Positions 39,106 to 51,703 are shown, counted from the stretch's first letter. The stretch: DNA of 64,000 bases from Vulcanimicrobiota bacterium (GCA_963795855.1 CAWCIZ010000003.1:512001-576000), one strand, 5' to 3'. Numbers and translations: made by a program. Notes: generated from the letters alone by a model not told the origin.

Positions 39106-39411
39106 GTGAATCTCAAGCCTTTGGGCGATCGCGTGGTCGTAGAGCACGTCGAGCAGCAAGACAAGAGCGCCGGCGGCGTGTTCCTCCCGGACACCGCCAA
39201 AGAGAAGCCGCAGGAAGGCCTCGTCCGCGCGGTCGGTTCCGGCCGCACCCTCGACAACGGCACCAAGCTCTCGATGGACGTGAAGGTCGGCGATCGCATC
39301 ATCTACTCGAAGTATTCGGGCTCTGAAGTCAAGGTCGACGGCACCGAGTACCTCATCATTTCTGAAAAAGACGTTCTGGCCATCGTCGACAAAGTTCCGG
39401 CCGGCGTTTAA
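39106..39411 (+). CDS. groES: Co-chaperonin GroES
   Basis: [28 protein letters not shown] before GTG. Confidence 0.97.
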   Translation: MNLKPLGDRVVVEHVEQQDKSAGGVFLPDTAKEKPQEGLVRAVGSGRTLDNGTKLSMDVKVGDRIIYSKYSGSEVKVDGTEYLIISEKDVLAIVDKVPAGV

Positions 39412-39423
39412 GGAGTTTTGTAA

Positions 39424-41085
<1,662 letters not shown>

Positions 41086-41130
41086 GCCTCGGCGAAACAT
41101 CGTACCGAGCAACGTCCCGTACATACGAAG

Positions 41131-41163
41131 AAAACGCCTCGCGGATTGCCGCGGGGCGTTTTT
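41131..41163 (+). terminator. groEL terminator
   Basis: AAAACGCCTCGCGG-attg-CCGCGGGGCGTTTTT. Confidence 0.85.
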
Positions 41164-41239
41164 ACACTATGGGCCGTTGGAACGAAGGGCCGTCGGCACG
41201 AACGCAATAACCCGTTCGTACTCGTCAAAGGAGGTTTGG

Positions 41240-41725
41240 ATGCGACGGATTTTCCTGATGGCCATAGCTGCCGCAATTCTGCTCGGCGGGTGTTCCACCA
41301 GCAAGCGCGTGTATTCGGGCAACGGCACCACGGTCACCACGGATTCGAATCAGAAAACGGTCACCGTGCGCAGCAGCGAGGGCACCATGACGATGGGCAA
41401 GGGCGTCGTCGACGCAGCGAAACTCGGCGTACCGGTTTACGCCGGCGCGACGCAGGATGAAGGCGCGCTTTCGGTCACGGGCGAGCAGGGCTCCGCGCAA
41501 ATGACCGCGTTCACCACGCCCGATGCATTCGACAAAGTGTATGCGTTCTACAAGAACAGCATGCCCGCTGGTTCGGAAAAGATGAAAGTCGAGCAAGGCG
41601 ATTCGTCGATCGCGGAATTCGTGACGGGAGATGAGAAGCCGGGCGCCGTGCGCACGCTCGTGATGATCACGAAGAAAGGCGATAAGACTTCGATTGTGAT
41701 CACCAAAGGCACCAACCGGCCGTAA
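41240..41725 (+). CDS. Lipoprotein
   Basis: AAGGAGG RBS; lipobox LGGC. Confidence 0.75.
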   Translation: MRRIFLMAIAAAILLGGCSTSKRVYSGNGTTVTTDSNQKTVTVRSSEGTMTMGKGVVDAAKLGVPVYAGATQDEGALSVTGEQGSAQMTAFTTPDAFDKVYAFYKNSMPAGSEKMKVEQGDSSIAEFVTGDEKPGAVRTLVMITKKGDKTSIVITKGTNRP

Positions 41726-41838
41726 CCAGGCGTCCGCCGGCTCGCATATGGCGTCGGCCACCTGCATTCGAGTTTATGTCAGTGTACTGACCGGGCAAGA
41801 ACGTAGCCGACCACTACTTTTTGTGAGGCAAGCAATCC

Positions 41839-42363
41839 ATGAAGTATTCGAACGTTGTCTGTACCGCAGGTGCGCTGGGCTTGGCGTTTCTGCTCGCCGC
41901 ATGCGGCGGCGGAGGCGGAAACAACAACCAGAACGCCGGCAACAATGCGGGGCAGAACGGCGGGAACAAAGGCTCGCAGCAAGTCAAGCAGATGAATCCA
42001 ATGCACGTCGCTCACAACGAAATCGCCGGGCACAGCCTGCAGATCAACATGGGACAGCAGAACAATTCCGGACAAGCCGGTAATGCGAGCGTCACCGACG
42101 TCAACGGTGGGGTGAGCGTCGCCATCCATATCAAGTCCGAGCCGAAAGGCGCGACCGAACCGGCGCATATCCACCAGGGAACGTGCACGAAACTCAACCC
42201 CGCTCCGTGGAAACCGCTCAACCCCGTCGTGAACGGTCAGTCGATGACGCATTTGGCGGGCGTAAGCGTCGCACAGATCAAGAAGGGCAAATACGCCATC
42301 AACGTCCACAAGAGCGCTACGGATTTGAAGACGTACGTTTCCTGCGGCGATCTCACCCTATAA
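41839..42363 (+). CDS. Lipoprotein, CHRD/Cu-Zn-SOD-like His-Cys motif family
   Basis: LAAC; EPAHIHQGTC, YAINVHKS, SCGDL. Confidence 0.7.
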   Translation: MKYSNVVCTAGALGLAFLLAACGGGGGNNNQNAGNNAGQNGGNKGSQQVKQMNPMHVAHNEIAGHSLQINMGQQNNSGQAGNASVTDVNGGVSVAIHIKSEPKGATEPAHIHQGTCTKLNPAPWKPLNPVVNGQSMTHLAGVSVAQIKKGKYAINVHKSATDLKTYVSCGDLTL

Positions 42364-42801
42364 GTGAGTCGGATCCCCGTTTTCATAGTGGCCGCCGCAT
42401 TGCTCGCCGCGTGCGGCGGCCGTCCCGTCAGCCAAATCAACGTTCTGCATGAAGCGCACAACGCCATGAGCCAAGATACGCTCACGGTTAATATGGGTGC
42501 GCTCAAGCACTCCGAGCAATGGGGCAGCGCGAGCATGGGTGACGAGAGGCACGGCATGGACGTCATCGTGCATCTTGATAACGAGCCTGCTGGTGCCAAA
42601 GAACCCGCCTACATCGCGATTGGCAACTGCACGCCGCCCTCCAGCAAAGCATGGCGAACGCTGGCTCCGGTCACCGGCGGTAAGTCAGCCAGCCACGTGG
42701 GCGGCGCGGACATCGGCGCGATAAAAAAGGGCCGGTATTCGATCGTCGTGGACGACCCGCGCGCGCGGACGGCCGTTTCCTGCGGCAACTTCCAAATTTA
42801 G
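42364..42801 (+). CDS. Lipoprotein paralog of the preceding gene
   Basis: LAAC; EPAYIAIGNC, IKKGRY, SCGNF. Confidence 0.7.
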   Translation: MSRIPVFIVAAALLAACGGRPVSQINVLHEAHNAMSQDTLTVNMGALKHSEQWGSASMGDERHGMDVIVHLDNEPAGAKEPAYIAIGNCTPPSSKAWRTLAPVTGGKSASHVGGADIGAIKKGRYSIVVDDPRARTAVSCGNFQI

Positions 42802-42840
42802 CGCCGCGAGGGTATACTGTGAGCGAGGAGGCGAACGCTC

Positions 42841-43263
42841 ATGGCCGACCGGCATGCAGTGGCGGCGCTTTCGATCTTGATGTTTCTGCTCGCGAGCGCG
42901 ACCGCGCTACCTGCGCGGGCCGCGGGCAACACCAGCGATCTTCTGGCCGCAGTAAAAAACGTTTCGAGCGAGTCCGACAAGTTTCGCTCAATGATGGCCA
43001 ATCTCAACGAAAGTCAAATCCACGTCGTCGACGCGCAAAGCATCATGTCCGCGAGCGCGCAGAGCGCTTATAAATTTGCGATTTCCAAGAACGCGTCGAG
43101 CATTGCGGATTTACGCGATACGTTGAATCACACGACCGTCACGGGAAGTGACGGGGTGCTGGTAACGTTGCGAAAAGTGTTGTTGCGTCAAAACGTGGCG
43201 GTAGATCGCGTTGTCGGCGTGTACGTCGGCGGAGACGGCCAAGTCACGCTGTTCTACCAGTAG
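42841..43263 (+). CDS. Secreted hypothetical protein
   Basis: AGGAGG RBS; signal peptide ending ARA. Confidence 0.7.
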   Translation: MADRHAVAALSILMFLLASATALPARAAGNTSDLLAAVKNVSSESDKFRSMMANLNESQIHVVDAQSIMSASAQSAYKFAISKNASSIADLRDTLNHTTVTGSDGVLVTLRKVLLRQNVAVDRVVGVYVGGDGQVTLFYQ

Positions 43264-43264
43264 A

Positions 43265-43744
43265 CTACCAGTACGACCATTGCCCGCGACGGTCGCGTTC
43301 CGCGCCGTCACGCGTTTGCGAAAGAAGCGTAGACGTCAATGCGCTCACGTGCGCGGGTGGTTGCAAAGCGTGCATGATGCCGTAACCTTCCGCCAAGAGA
43401 CGGTTTGCGCGCTGCTGCTGGGAGGCCTGATGTGCCAGTTCCGCCGCTACGACCAAAGCATTGGCGGCGCGCCACCGATCGTTGAAACGCTGCGCGGTCG
43501 ACCCTTCCGTGTTCGCGCAATGCAGCGATATTCGCGCGGATTGTTCGGCCGCACGCGAAGCATCGGCATACCGATGCGAGGAAATCGAGTCCACGTTGCG
43601 CGCGATGGCTTGCACTGCGCGTTCGCCGCACGGCGTGTTGAACGTGGCTGCAGTACGCTTTTGGTCTACGTGCGCCGCGCAGCCGCTGACTCCAACGAGT
43701 GCAGCCAGCACGGCAATACGCAGCGCGCTAAAGGTGATAGTCAT
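43265..43744 (-). CDS. Lipoprotein
   Basis: MTITFSALRIAVLAALVGVSGC; the upstream part of the tracked ORF overlaps the permease and is spurious. Confidence 0.6.
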   Translation of the reverse strand: MTITFSALRIAVLAALVGVSGCAAHVDQKRTAATFNTPCGERAVQAIARNVDSISSHRYADASRAAEQSARISLHCANTEGSTAQRFNDRWRAANALVVAAELAHQASQQQRANRLLAEGYGIMHALQPPAHVSALTSTLLSQTRDGAERDRRGQWSYW

Positions 43745-43773
43745 GGCGGTATAGTCTCCCCGTGGGGCCGTCC

Positions 43774-45117
43774 TTAAGGATTCCCGGGCGCTTGCTCGGA
43801 TAAACCTTGAGCGCCCTTCGCCAAGAAGACATAGTAAATCGGAATTGCCGACAGGAGCGCTCCCAGCGACCACGCCGCGCCCTGCGGCGACGAAATATAG
43901 GTCGTAAGAACTACGCCGACCGTGATAAGGAAAAAAAAGGCGGTTGTGAAGGGGTGCAGCGGCGTGCAGAACTGCGGTGCCTTTCGCCCGGCGCGCCGAT
44001 CCCGCGCGCGAAAGATAAACAGCGCAATCGCGGCTAGCGCGAAAAAGACGTAATCGATGCCGATCACGTAATTCAAAATTTGTGCGTAGCCTTTCAAAAA
44101 CGTGATCGCGATTGCGAACGCGCCTTGCAGCGCGATTGCAATTACGGGAACGCGCGTTGCCGGATGCAGCCACGCGATCTGCCGAAAGAAGAGACCGTCT
44201 TGCGCCATTGCATGATACACGCGCGGCGACGTGAGAATTTGATTGCTCAAGAATCCGAGCGTCGAGAGCGCGATCAGCGCGGCAATGATCTGCGCGCCGC
44301 GCGCGCCCATGAACGCGCGAAGCACTTCGGACGCCGGCGCGTCGGTGCGCGTGAGGCCCGCCGGGCCGAGCACGCGCAGGCACACGACGTTGACCAGGAC
44401 GTACAATACAATGACGCCGCCGACGCCCCACATCATGCCGAGCGGAAGCGTTCTCGCCGGTTTTTTCAGTTCGGCAGTCATGAAACTCGACGTCTGCCAT
44501 CCGCTGTACGCAAAAAGTACTGCGATCATCGAGACGGCCATCGCGCCGAACAGACTGAGTGAAGAACCGATGCTCGGCGCTGCCGCAGTCGAGGCCGCCG
44601 GATGGGCGAACAGGCCGACCGCGATAAGCCCCGCGATGGCCGCGATTTTGAGCACCATGAAAAAATTTTGCACGTTGCTGCCTTGGCGCACGCCTAGGCA
44701 GTTGACAAGCGTAAACACGGCCAGCACTGCGAACGCAAGCAATTGCGGGCTTACGTTCAGTCCCGTGAGCGGTTCGAAATACCCCGCGAACGTCAACGCC
44801 GCCGCCGCCATCCCGCCGCTCTGCGAAACGAGCAGGAGCGTCCAACCGTACATGAATGCGATCGCCGGATGAAACGCTTCTCGCATGTACGCGTACAAAC
44901 CGCCGTCGCTGGGGCGGCGCGCCGCGAGTTCCGCGAAGAGAAACGCGCCGAGCAGCGCGACGACACCTCCCGCAACCCAAACGCTCATGATCGCCCACCC
45001 GGCATGCACGCTCTGAGCGACCACGGACGGATTTCGAAAAATGCCCGAGCCGATGATGCCGCCCATGACGATGAGGCCGGCATCGAAAACGCCCAAGCGG
45101 CGCGCGAGCTTCGCCAT
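43774..45117 (-). CDS. APC-family amino acid permease
   Basis: IIGSGIF, AEL, GGLYAY, FAYSGW; about 12 TM helices. Confidence 0.9.
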   Translation of the reverse strand: MAKLARRLGVFDAGLIVMGGIIGSGIFRNPSVVAQSVHAGWAIMSVWVAGGVVALLGAFLFAELAARRPSDGGLYAYMREAFHPAIAFMYGWTLLLVSQSGGMAAAALTFAGYFEPLTGLNVSPQLLAFAVLAVFTLVNCLGVRQGSNVQNFFMVLKIAAIAGLIAVGLFAHPAASTAAAPSIGSSLSLFGAMAVSMIAVLFAYSGWQTSSFMTAELKKPARTLPLGMMWGVGGVIVLYVLVNVVCLRVLGPAGLTRTDAPASEVLRAFMGARGAQIIAALIALSTLGFLSNQILTSPRVYHAMAQDGLFFRQIAWLHPATRVPVIAIALQGAFAIAITFLKGYAQILNYVIGIDYVFFALAAIALFIFRARDRRAGRKAPQFCTPLHPFTTAFFFLITVGVVLTTYISSPQGAAWSLGALLSAIPIYYVFLAKGAQGLSEQAPGNP

Positions 45118-45427
45118 ACCGAGGACTCAGTCTCGGCAGCCGTCGATTCCTGTGGCAGCCAACCGATTGGGCGGGGCGGCAAGCGGGTTACGAAAACGGC
45201 ATCTCAGCTCAGAACCGAGAGGATTCGGATCAACCACGCGCATGCTCCGGACCGTTTCGCACTAGCCTTTCGCCGCATCGTTCGTCCCCGCAGCGTGCAT
45301 TTGCCGGAAAGGCGAATAGCTTCTACGGCGACGTCTTGCACGTGTCGATAAACAACGTCAAAGTCTACGACCCCAAAGCGCATCAAAAACAGCCGCACCT
45401 CACAGCAGATTCTGCACTAGAGAATCG

Positions 45428-46363
45428 CTAAGCCGGTTCAAAGCGCCGGCGCATGCCGTATAGGGTGCGCAGCAGTACATCCAGCACCGTCGCGTCGGGC
45501 TGCGCATGCCCGACGCGCGGGTGCGCGCCGACGAAAAACAAGTGGCCGTACGGGAATCCGAGCGATGCGAGCTCGTGCATGTAGCCGTCGATGTCGCGTG
45601 CGCGCCTGAAGGCGTACTCGCGATCGAAATGTTCGGAGTGCTCTTCGCCGCGCAGCAGTTCGCGAGAAATCGCTACCGCCTGTTCCGTATTAGCCGCTTT
45701 CAGGCGATCGCGCAGGATCGCATCGAAACGCTCGAACGCCGCGAAGAAGACGCGCCAGGCTTGGTGCACGCCGGCAACTCGATCGCAGCCATCTCGAAGG
45801 TACTCGCGGTGAAGGGCCGCGATTTCACCGCCATACGCGGTGTTTCGCGCTTCCGGTATCACGCGCGCCGCATCGGCAAGCGCGCGTCCGAACGCGCGCG
45901 CGTGCGCAAGTGTTTCGCGTCCGTTCAATTCCTGTACGCGCTGCGTTTTTGCAACGAATGCGGCGTAGAACGCATAGTCCTTGAGCGCGCGGCACCAAAG
46001 TTCGACGGGCTCATCATTCGCTTGATAGGGCTCGAGCACGTCGCGTCCCGCGACCAGGGTGCGCCGCTCGTACGGCGTGTAGCTCATCACGCGAAGCGAC
46101 CATGCGGGCAAGATGAACGGCTCCTGGAGAAAGAGCCGGTGATAGCGCTCGGGTAACCGCTGAAACGGCGAGAAAAAGAACCGGTTGTCCAACCCGATGT
46201 GCGTCGTGACCACGAGAAGGCGGATCTCGGATAGTTCGGGATGCTCGGGAACGGCTACCGTGTGTACGCCGATGGCGCGGTTTTTTACCAGCGCGGCGTA
46301 GCGCGCGACGGCTTCATCGTAAAGCGCCGGCTGGCTCGGTTGCGGGATGTCGACGACGTTCAT
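45428..46363 (-). CDS. Hypothetical protein
   Basis: 311-aa ORF with coding-like composition; no recognised motif. Confidence 0.6.
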   Translation of the reverse strand: MNVVDIPQPSQPALYDEAVARYAALVKNRAIGVHTVAVPEHPELSEIRLLVVTTHIGLDNRFFFSPFQRLPERYHRLFLQEPFILPAWSLRVMSYTPYERRTLVAGRDVLEPYQANDEPVELWCRALKDYAFYAAFVAKTQRVQELNGRETLAHARAFGRALADAARVIPEARNTAYGGEIAALHREYLRDGCDRVAGVHQAWRVFFAAFERFDAILRDRLKAANTEQAVAISRELLRGEEHSEHFDREYAFRRARDIDGYMHELASLGFPYGHLFFVGAHPRVGHAQPDATVLDVLLRTLYGMRRRFEPA

Positions 46364-46436
46364 GCGGAATTCTCCACTTCGTCCAGCCTAGCAGACCATG
46401 GCTTTTCCGTGCGCGAGGCTTTCAACCGGAGGCGCA

Positions 46437-47228
46437 CTAGGCCGTTCGACCTCGCGCTGTGGTGCTGCCGGTGCCGAAGACGCTTCGCGCAAAGTCGCGC
46501 ACGATTGCAGAAAATGCGCCCGGCCGTCGCAACGGCGCGACGTGATCGCACCCCGGCATGACGATCAGACGTGCATCCGCTGCGCGCACGTAACGCCCCT
46601 CGTCTCGGCGGAAGAGCAGATCCCATTTGCCGTTTGCAATCAAGACGGGTTTTCCGTAACGCGCGAGCAGATCGCTGTAGCGAATGCCGCCCGCGAGGCG
46701 CAGACTTTCTTCGAAGACGCGGTGATTGAAACGAAACGGCGCAATGAGGTCTGCGACATCCTTCGGAAGCGATGCATAGAAAAGCGCTTTGAGCATCCTC
46801 TGCACGACGTCCTGCGGAAGGTATGCGGTGATGCGAACGGCGCCCCGGTACGCTTGATGCCGATATCCGACGATGTTGGTGCTGGAGCCCGTCAGCATCA
46901 GCCCGGCGCTGGATTCGCGGTGTTCGATCGCATAGCGCATCGCGACGTATCCACCGAGCGAGTACCCGACGATCAGCGGCGGTCGCGAGACGACCTGCTC
47001 GCCGATGTAGCGGAGAAACGCATCGATCGTCGCCGCATCGAACGGCAGGTTCGCGAGCGTTTCGTGGCCCGGAAGATCCGGCGTTGCTACGAAAAATTCG
47101 TCGCTCAGTTCGCGCGCGTGCGCGCTCCAAATGGCTCCGCCCAGGCGAATGCCGTGCAAAAAGACGATCGGCGGATTTGCGGGGTTGCCGTACGTGGTGA
47201 TTGCCCGTGCGAATCCCGCTGGATCCAC
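46437..47228 (-). CDS. Alpha/beta hydrolase
   Basis: FLHG, DLPGH, GYSLGG, GKWD, CDH. Confidence 0.85.
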   Translation of the reverse strand: MDPAGFARAITTYGNPANPPIVFLHGIRLGGAIWSAHARELSDEFFVATPDLPGHETLANLPFDAATIDAFLRYIGEQVVSRPPLIVGYSLGGYVAMRYAIEHRESSAGLMLTGSSTNIVGYRHQAYRGAVRITAYLPQDVVQRMLKALFYASLPKDVADLIAPFRFNHRVFEESLRLAGGIRYSDLLARYGKPVLIANGKWDLLFRRDEGRYVRAADARLIVMPGCDHVAPLRRPGAFSAIVRDFARSVFGTGSTTARGRTA

Positions 47229-47229
47229 G

Positions 47230-48271
47230 CTACGGCACCGTCAGCAGCACTTTGATGGCGCGGCGCTCGTCCATTGCCGCGTAGCCCTCTGCGACGCTGC
47301 TCAGCGGCATCGACGCGTCCAGTACCGGCGACGGATCGATTCGACCGGCAGCGAGGCTCTCGATCAGGCGCGGAAGGTATGCGCGTGCCGGCGCGAGCGC
47401 ACCGCGCAAGCAAAGGTTCTTCAGAAAAATCTCGCGCATCGGCGGCGTTTTCACGTTGTTCGGAACGCCCACGAAGCTGACCGTGCCTCCGGGGCGCGCG
47501 ACGCTGACCGCGAGGTCCAAACTCTCTTGATTCCCGACCGCCTCGACCACGTGCGCCGCGCCGCCCTGCGTCAATTCGACGATAGCGCCCTGCGCGCCGG
47601 CGTCGTGCGAATTGTACGTGTGCGTCGCGCCGAAGCGTTTCGCGATCTCCAAACGCTTGGCATTGTGGCCGACGGCAACGATGCGCTCTGCGCGGATCTC
47701 TTTCGCCGCCGAAAGGACTCCACACAGCCCGACGGCGCCGTCGCCGACGATGACGACGGTCGATTCCGGCGTAGACTTGCGCACTGACGACGCCGTGATG
47801 GCCGGTCGCCATGACGTCGCACAGCGTGACGCTCGCGTCGCGCTTGACTGCTTCGTGCGCGATCGCTTCCGGCATCTTCACCAGCGTTCCGTCCGCATAT
47901 GGAACGAGGACGTACTCGGCTTGACCGCCATTCTCTGCGTCGCCGAAATTCGTCATATGCACGCAAGACGTCTGCAAGCCGGCAAGGCAGAATTCGCACG
48001 TGCCGTCGCTCGACACGAACGGTGCGATGACCGCATCGCCCGGCCGCAAACTGCGCACGCCGGAGCCCGCTTCTTCGACCACGCCGATGAATTCGTGGCC
48101 GGTGCGATCCCCGGGCGTCCATTGCGTGACGCCGCGATAGAACCACAGATCCGAACCGCAGATCGCTGCGCGCGTTACCCGCACGATCGCGTCGCGCGGA
48201 TCGCGCACGCGGGGATCGGGAACGGTTTCCAGGCGAACGTCGCGCGCGCCGTGATACACAGTTGCTTTCAT
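47230..48271 (-). CDS. Zinc-dependent alcohol dehydrogenase, frameshift near 47780
   Basis: ICGSD, GHE, GQAEY, then GDGAVG in the next frame. Confidence 0.85.
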
Positions 48272-48306
48272 AGGCGTTTAGACGATGTACCCCGAACCGG
48301 CGGTGC

Positions 48307-48763
48307 ATGCTGACATTCGTGCTGGCCGCTTTGACCGTACTCAACAACGGTGCGTGCCTCGATTCCGCCAGGTCGGTGCCGCAGGGGCTCTTCGGGACCG
48401 AACCGGGCGCGGCAATCGTGAAAATCGACAAAGTGGTTTCGACCGCCGCTATGACGGACGGAGAGATCATCGGCTATCTGTACACGCGGCAAGACGACAG
48501 AACGTATCTGGGTCAGCGGCAGCAGGAGTATATGTCCGCTGCCGACAGGCTCGCAGATCAACCAAGTGCTTCAGTCCACGCACATGCCGGGCGCCACCAT
48601 CACGACGTTTCCCCCCGTTCGGAAATATGGGGTAAAAACGTATTACACCGAGATTTTCCGGGTGCAGGTGCCGCCCGCCGCGACGGACCCGCTGCACATA
48701 CGCTTGGATGACTGCGTGGCGTGGCCGGCGGGGACGGCCCTACCTAATCCGCTACCGCAATAA
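48307..48763 (+). CDS. Secreted hypothetical protein, probable frameshift near 48560
   Basis: Two overlapping ORFs join into one plausible protein. Confidence 0.45.
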
Positions 48764-48793
48764 ACCGGCGGGTTCCCCGGCAGGGCAAGCGAA

Positions 48794-48836
48794 TTAGCAG
48801 ACTTCGCATCTGATTGCTAAGCGCGGGGGTTATAGT
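48794..48836 (+). promoter_or_regulatory. CIRCE-like operator and -10 box of hsp20-lon
   Basis: TTAGCAGAC-N9-GATTGCTAA (48794-48820); TATAGT at 48831-48836, 5 nt before the ATG. Confidence 0.7.
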
Positions 48837-48841
48837 CACCG

Positions 48842-49231
48842 ATGGACCTGGTCGTACTGCGCTCGCGCGCAGTTTGGGAGCCCAATGCCGACGTCGTCAT
48901 CGACGACGACGGCCGCACACTCGTCGTCCGCGTCGAACTGGCGGGCGCCGACAGCGAAAGCCTGCGGGTCTTCGTCGACGAGCGCTATCTCTTCATCTCG
49001 GGACGGCGCGCCGACACCGCCCGTCTGCGTAACGGCTCTTTTCTGCAGAAAGAAATTGCGGACGGCGAGTTCGTGAAAAAAATTGCTTTGCCGGTGGGCG
49101 TTCAGTACGACGAAGTCACCGCAACGTATGCCGACGGCATGCTCACCATCGCTCTGCCGGTTGCCGCTCCGGAGTTTTTGCCGGCGCCCCGCACCGAAAT
49201 TCGAATGATCGTCAAGAGGATTCTCGCGTAG
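48842..49231 (+). CDS. Hsp20/alpha-crystallin protein
   Basis: PNADV, ELAG, GEF...LP, ATYADGMLTI. Confidence 0.88.
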   Translation: MDLVVLRSRAVWEPNADVVIDDDGRTLVVRVELAGADSESLRVFVDERYLFISGRRADTARLRNGSFLQKEIADGEFVKKIALPVGVQYDEVTATYADGMLTIALPVAAPEFLPAPRTEIRMIVKRILA

Positions 49232-49232
49232 A

Positions 49233-51698
49233 ATGACCCCGCAAGCCCAAAAATCGTCGCCCATCGTCGCCGCAAATCTCATCGGCGTTCTGCCGCTGCA
49301 GGAGGCGGTGCTATTTCCCAATACGGTGATTCCACTCGCGGTCGTGAAGAAGCCGGGCATTCAACTCGTCGAGGAAGCGCTGCGCGAGGGCAAGCCCATC
49401 GGCTTGACGGTGCTAAAAAACCGCGACATCGAAAACCCGGGCCCGAACGACGTGCACCGGATCGGCACTATCGGCACCGTGCAGAAAATGCTCAAAGTTC
49501 CGGACGGAACGCTGCGATGCATCGTTGCGGGACAGCAAGTTTTCAAGATCGAGCAATTCACGCAGACCGATCCGTACCTGGTTGCGGCGTACACCGAACT
49601 GCCCGACATCACCGCGCAGTCCGAAGAACTCGTCGCGATGCAGCGCAATCTTGCAAGCCTGTTTCAAAAACTGCTGGGATATTTGCCGCAGGCTCCGCGC
49701 GAAATGGAGATGGAGGTCCAAAACATTACGGACCCCAACCTGCTCTCCTATTTCGTCGCGTCGACCATGCGCCTGGAAACCGCCGATCGGCAAGCGCTGC
49801 TCGAAGAGCGCAACACGATGAAGCGGATGCGCAAGCTCACGATGCTGCTCACCAAGGAACTCGAAGTCGTCGAACTTGGGCACAAAATCCAGTCCGACAT
49901 TCAGCGTGAAATGGAGAAGAATCAGCGCGATTTCTATCTTCGCCAGCAGTTGCGCGCGATTCAGGAAGAACTCGGCGAAGTCGATCCGCAGCAGGCGGAA
50001 AACAACGAACTACGCCAAAAAATCGAAGAAGCGCAGATGCCCGAAGACGTGCGCAAAGCCGCAGACCGGGAGTTGGATCGGCTCTCCAAAGTTCCGCAGG
50101 CAAGTCCCGAATACAGCGTCATTCGCACGTATCTGGATTGGCTCGTGCAGTTGCCGTGGAGCAAAGAGACGACCGATCACATCGACATCGTCAAGGCGCG
50201 TGAGATTCTCGATGAAGATCATTACGATCTCGAGAAGATCAAAGACCGCATCATCGAGTATCTCGCGGTCGGCAAACTCAAGAACCGCCTGACCGGCCCC
50301 ATCCTGTGTTTCGTCGGCCCGCCAGGCGTCGGGAAGACGTCGCTCGGACAATCCATCGCGCGCGCGATGGGGCGCAAGTTCGTACGTCTTTCCGTCGGCG
50401 GCGTTCGCGACGAGGCTGAGATCCGCGGGCACCGGCGCACCTACATCGGCTCGATGCCGGGCACGATTATTCGCGCCATTCGCGATGCGGGCACGCGCAA
50501 TCCGGTCATGATGATCGACGAAATCGACAAAGTCGGCGCGGATTTCCGTGGCGATCCGCAATCCGCGCTCCTCGAAGTTCTGGATCCGGAGCAAAACAAC
50601 ACGTTCCGCGATCACTATCTCGACATGCCGTTCGATCTCTCGCAAGTGCTCTTCGTTTGTACGGCAAATACGCTCGACACGATCAGCGGACCGCTGCGCG
50701 ATCGCATGGAGATCATCCAGCTTTCCGGCTACACGGAACTCGAGAAGGTGCAGATCGCCAAGCGCTACCTCATTCCCAAGCAGCGCAAGGCAAACGGTTT
50801 GAGAGAAACGCAGGCGCAGATGAATGACGCCGCCCTGCGGCTCATCATCACCGATTACACGCGGGAAGCCGGCGTACGTAACCTGGAACGTGAGATCGGG
50901 ACCGTGTTTCGCAAGTTCGCCCGCCAGATTGCCGAGAACGCGCGTTACAAAGGGCGCGTGAAAGCAGAGAATCTGGCGGAGTTTCTGAGCAAGCCGCGTT
51001 TCTACAACGAAGTGAAGAAACGCGTCGCATCCGTAGGCGTGTCGACGGGCATGTTCTACACGCCCGTCGGCGGCGACATACTGTTCATCGAGACCACCGT
51101 GATGCCCGGAACCGGCAAACTCGTCCTAACGGGGCAACTCGGGGACGTAATGAAAGAAAGCGCGCAGGCCGCGGTTTCGTTCCTGCGTTCGCGTTCCGGC
51201 GAACTCGGCTTACCGGAGGACTATTTCGCAAAGCACGACCTGCACATTCACGTCCCGGCGGGCGCTACGCCGAAGGACGGTCCGTCGGCCGGTATTGCGC
51301 TCGCAACGGCGATCACGTCGCTGCTGACGGGACTCAAAGTCGATCCCGACGTGGCGATGACCGGCGAGATCACGCTAACCGGCCAAGTCTTGCCGATCGG
51401 CGGCCTGAAAGAAAAGGTTCTGGGCGCAAAACGAGCCGGCATCAAGAAAATCATCTTGCCGCAACGCAATGAAATCGACGTGGACGACATTCCGAAAGAA
51501 GTCCGCGATACGATGTCGTTTGTGCCGGTGGAAGAACTCTCGGAAGTGCTGTATCACGCGCTCGGCAAGCGAATCATCACGCCGGTGGAACTGGGCGACG
51601 GCGGCCACGCCAACAACGTCGTCCCCATGCGCCGTCGCTCGGGCGTCAAACGTGTCAACGGCAGCGTCCGTCAGAAGCGGGGCCGCTCTTCACGGTGA
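49233..51698 (+). CDS. lon: ATP-dependent Lon protease
   Basis: GPPGVGKTS, DEIDK, PKDGPSAG, GGLKEK. Confidence 0.97.
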   Translation: MTPQAQKSSPIVAANLIGVLPLQEAVLFPNTVIPLAVVKKPGIQLVEEALREGKPIGLTVLKNRDIENPGPNDVHRIGTIGTVQKMLKVPDGTLRCIVAGQQVFKIEQFTQTDPYLVAAYTELPDITAQSEELVAMQRNLASLFQKLLGYLPQAPREMEMEVQNITDPNLLSYFVASTMRLETADRQALLEERNTMKRMRKLTMLLTKELEVVELGHKIQSDIQREMEKNQRDFYLRQQLRAIQEELGEVDPQQAENNELRQKIEEAQMPEDVRKAADRELDRLSKVPQASPEYSVIRTYLDWLVQLPWSKETTDHIDIVKAREILDEDHYDLEKIKDRIIEYLAVGKLKNRLTGPILCFVGPPGVGKTSLGQSIARAMGRKFVRLSVGGVRDEAEIRGHRRTYIGSMPGTIIRAIRDAGTRNPVMMIDEIDKVGADFRGDPQSALLEVLDPEQNNTFRDHYLDMPFDLSQVLFVCTANTLDTISGPLRDRMEIIQLSGYTELEKVQIAKRYLIPKQRKANGLRETQAQMNDAALRLIITDYTREAGVRNLEREIGTVFRKFARQIAENARYKGRVKAENLAEFLSKPRFYNEVKKRVASVGVSTGMFYTPVGGDILFIETTVMPGTGKLVLTGQLGDVMKESAQAAVSFLRSRSGELGLPEDYFAKHDLHIHVPAGATPKDGPSAGIALATAITSLLTGLKVDPDVAMTGEITLTGQVLPIGGLKEKVLGAKRAGIKKIILPQRNEIDVDDIPKEVRDTMSFVPVEELSEVLYHALGKRIITPVELGDGGHANNVVPMRRRSGVKRVNGSVRQKRGRSSR

Positions 51699-51703
51699 TT
51701 CTT

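Noticed and set aside
45204..45398. 64-aa minus-strand ORF upstream of the permease
   Set aside because: No motif or clear RBS; insufficient support
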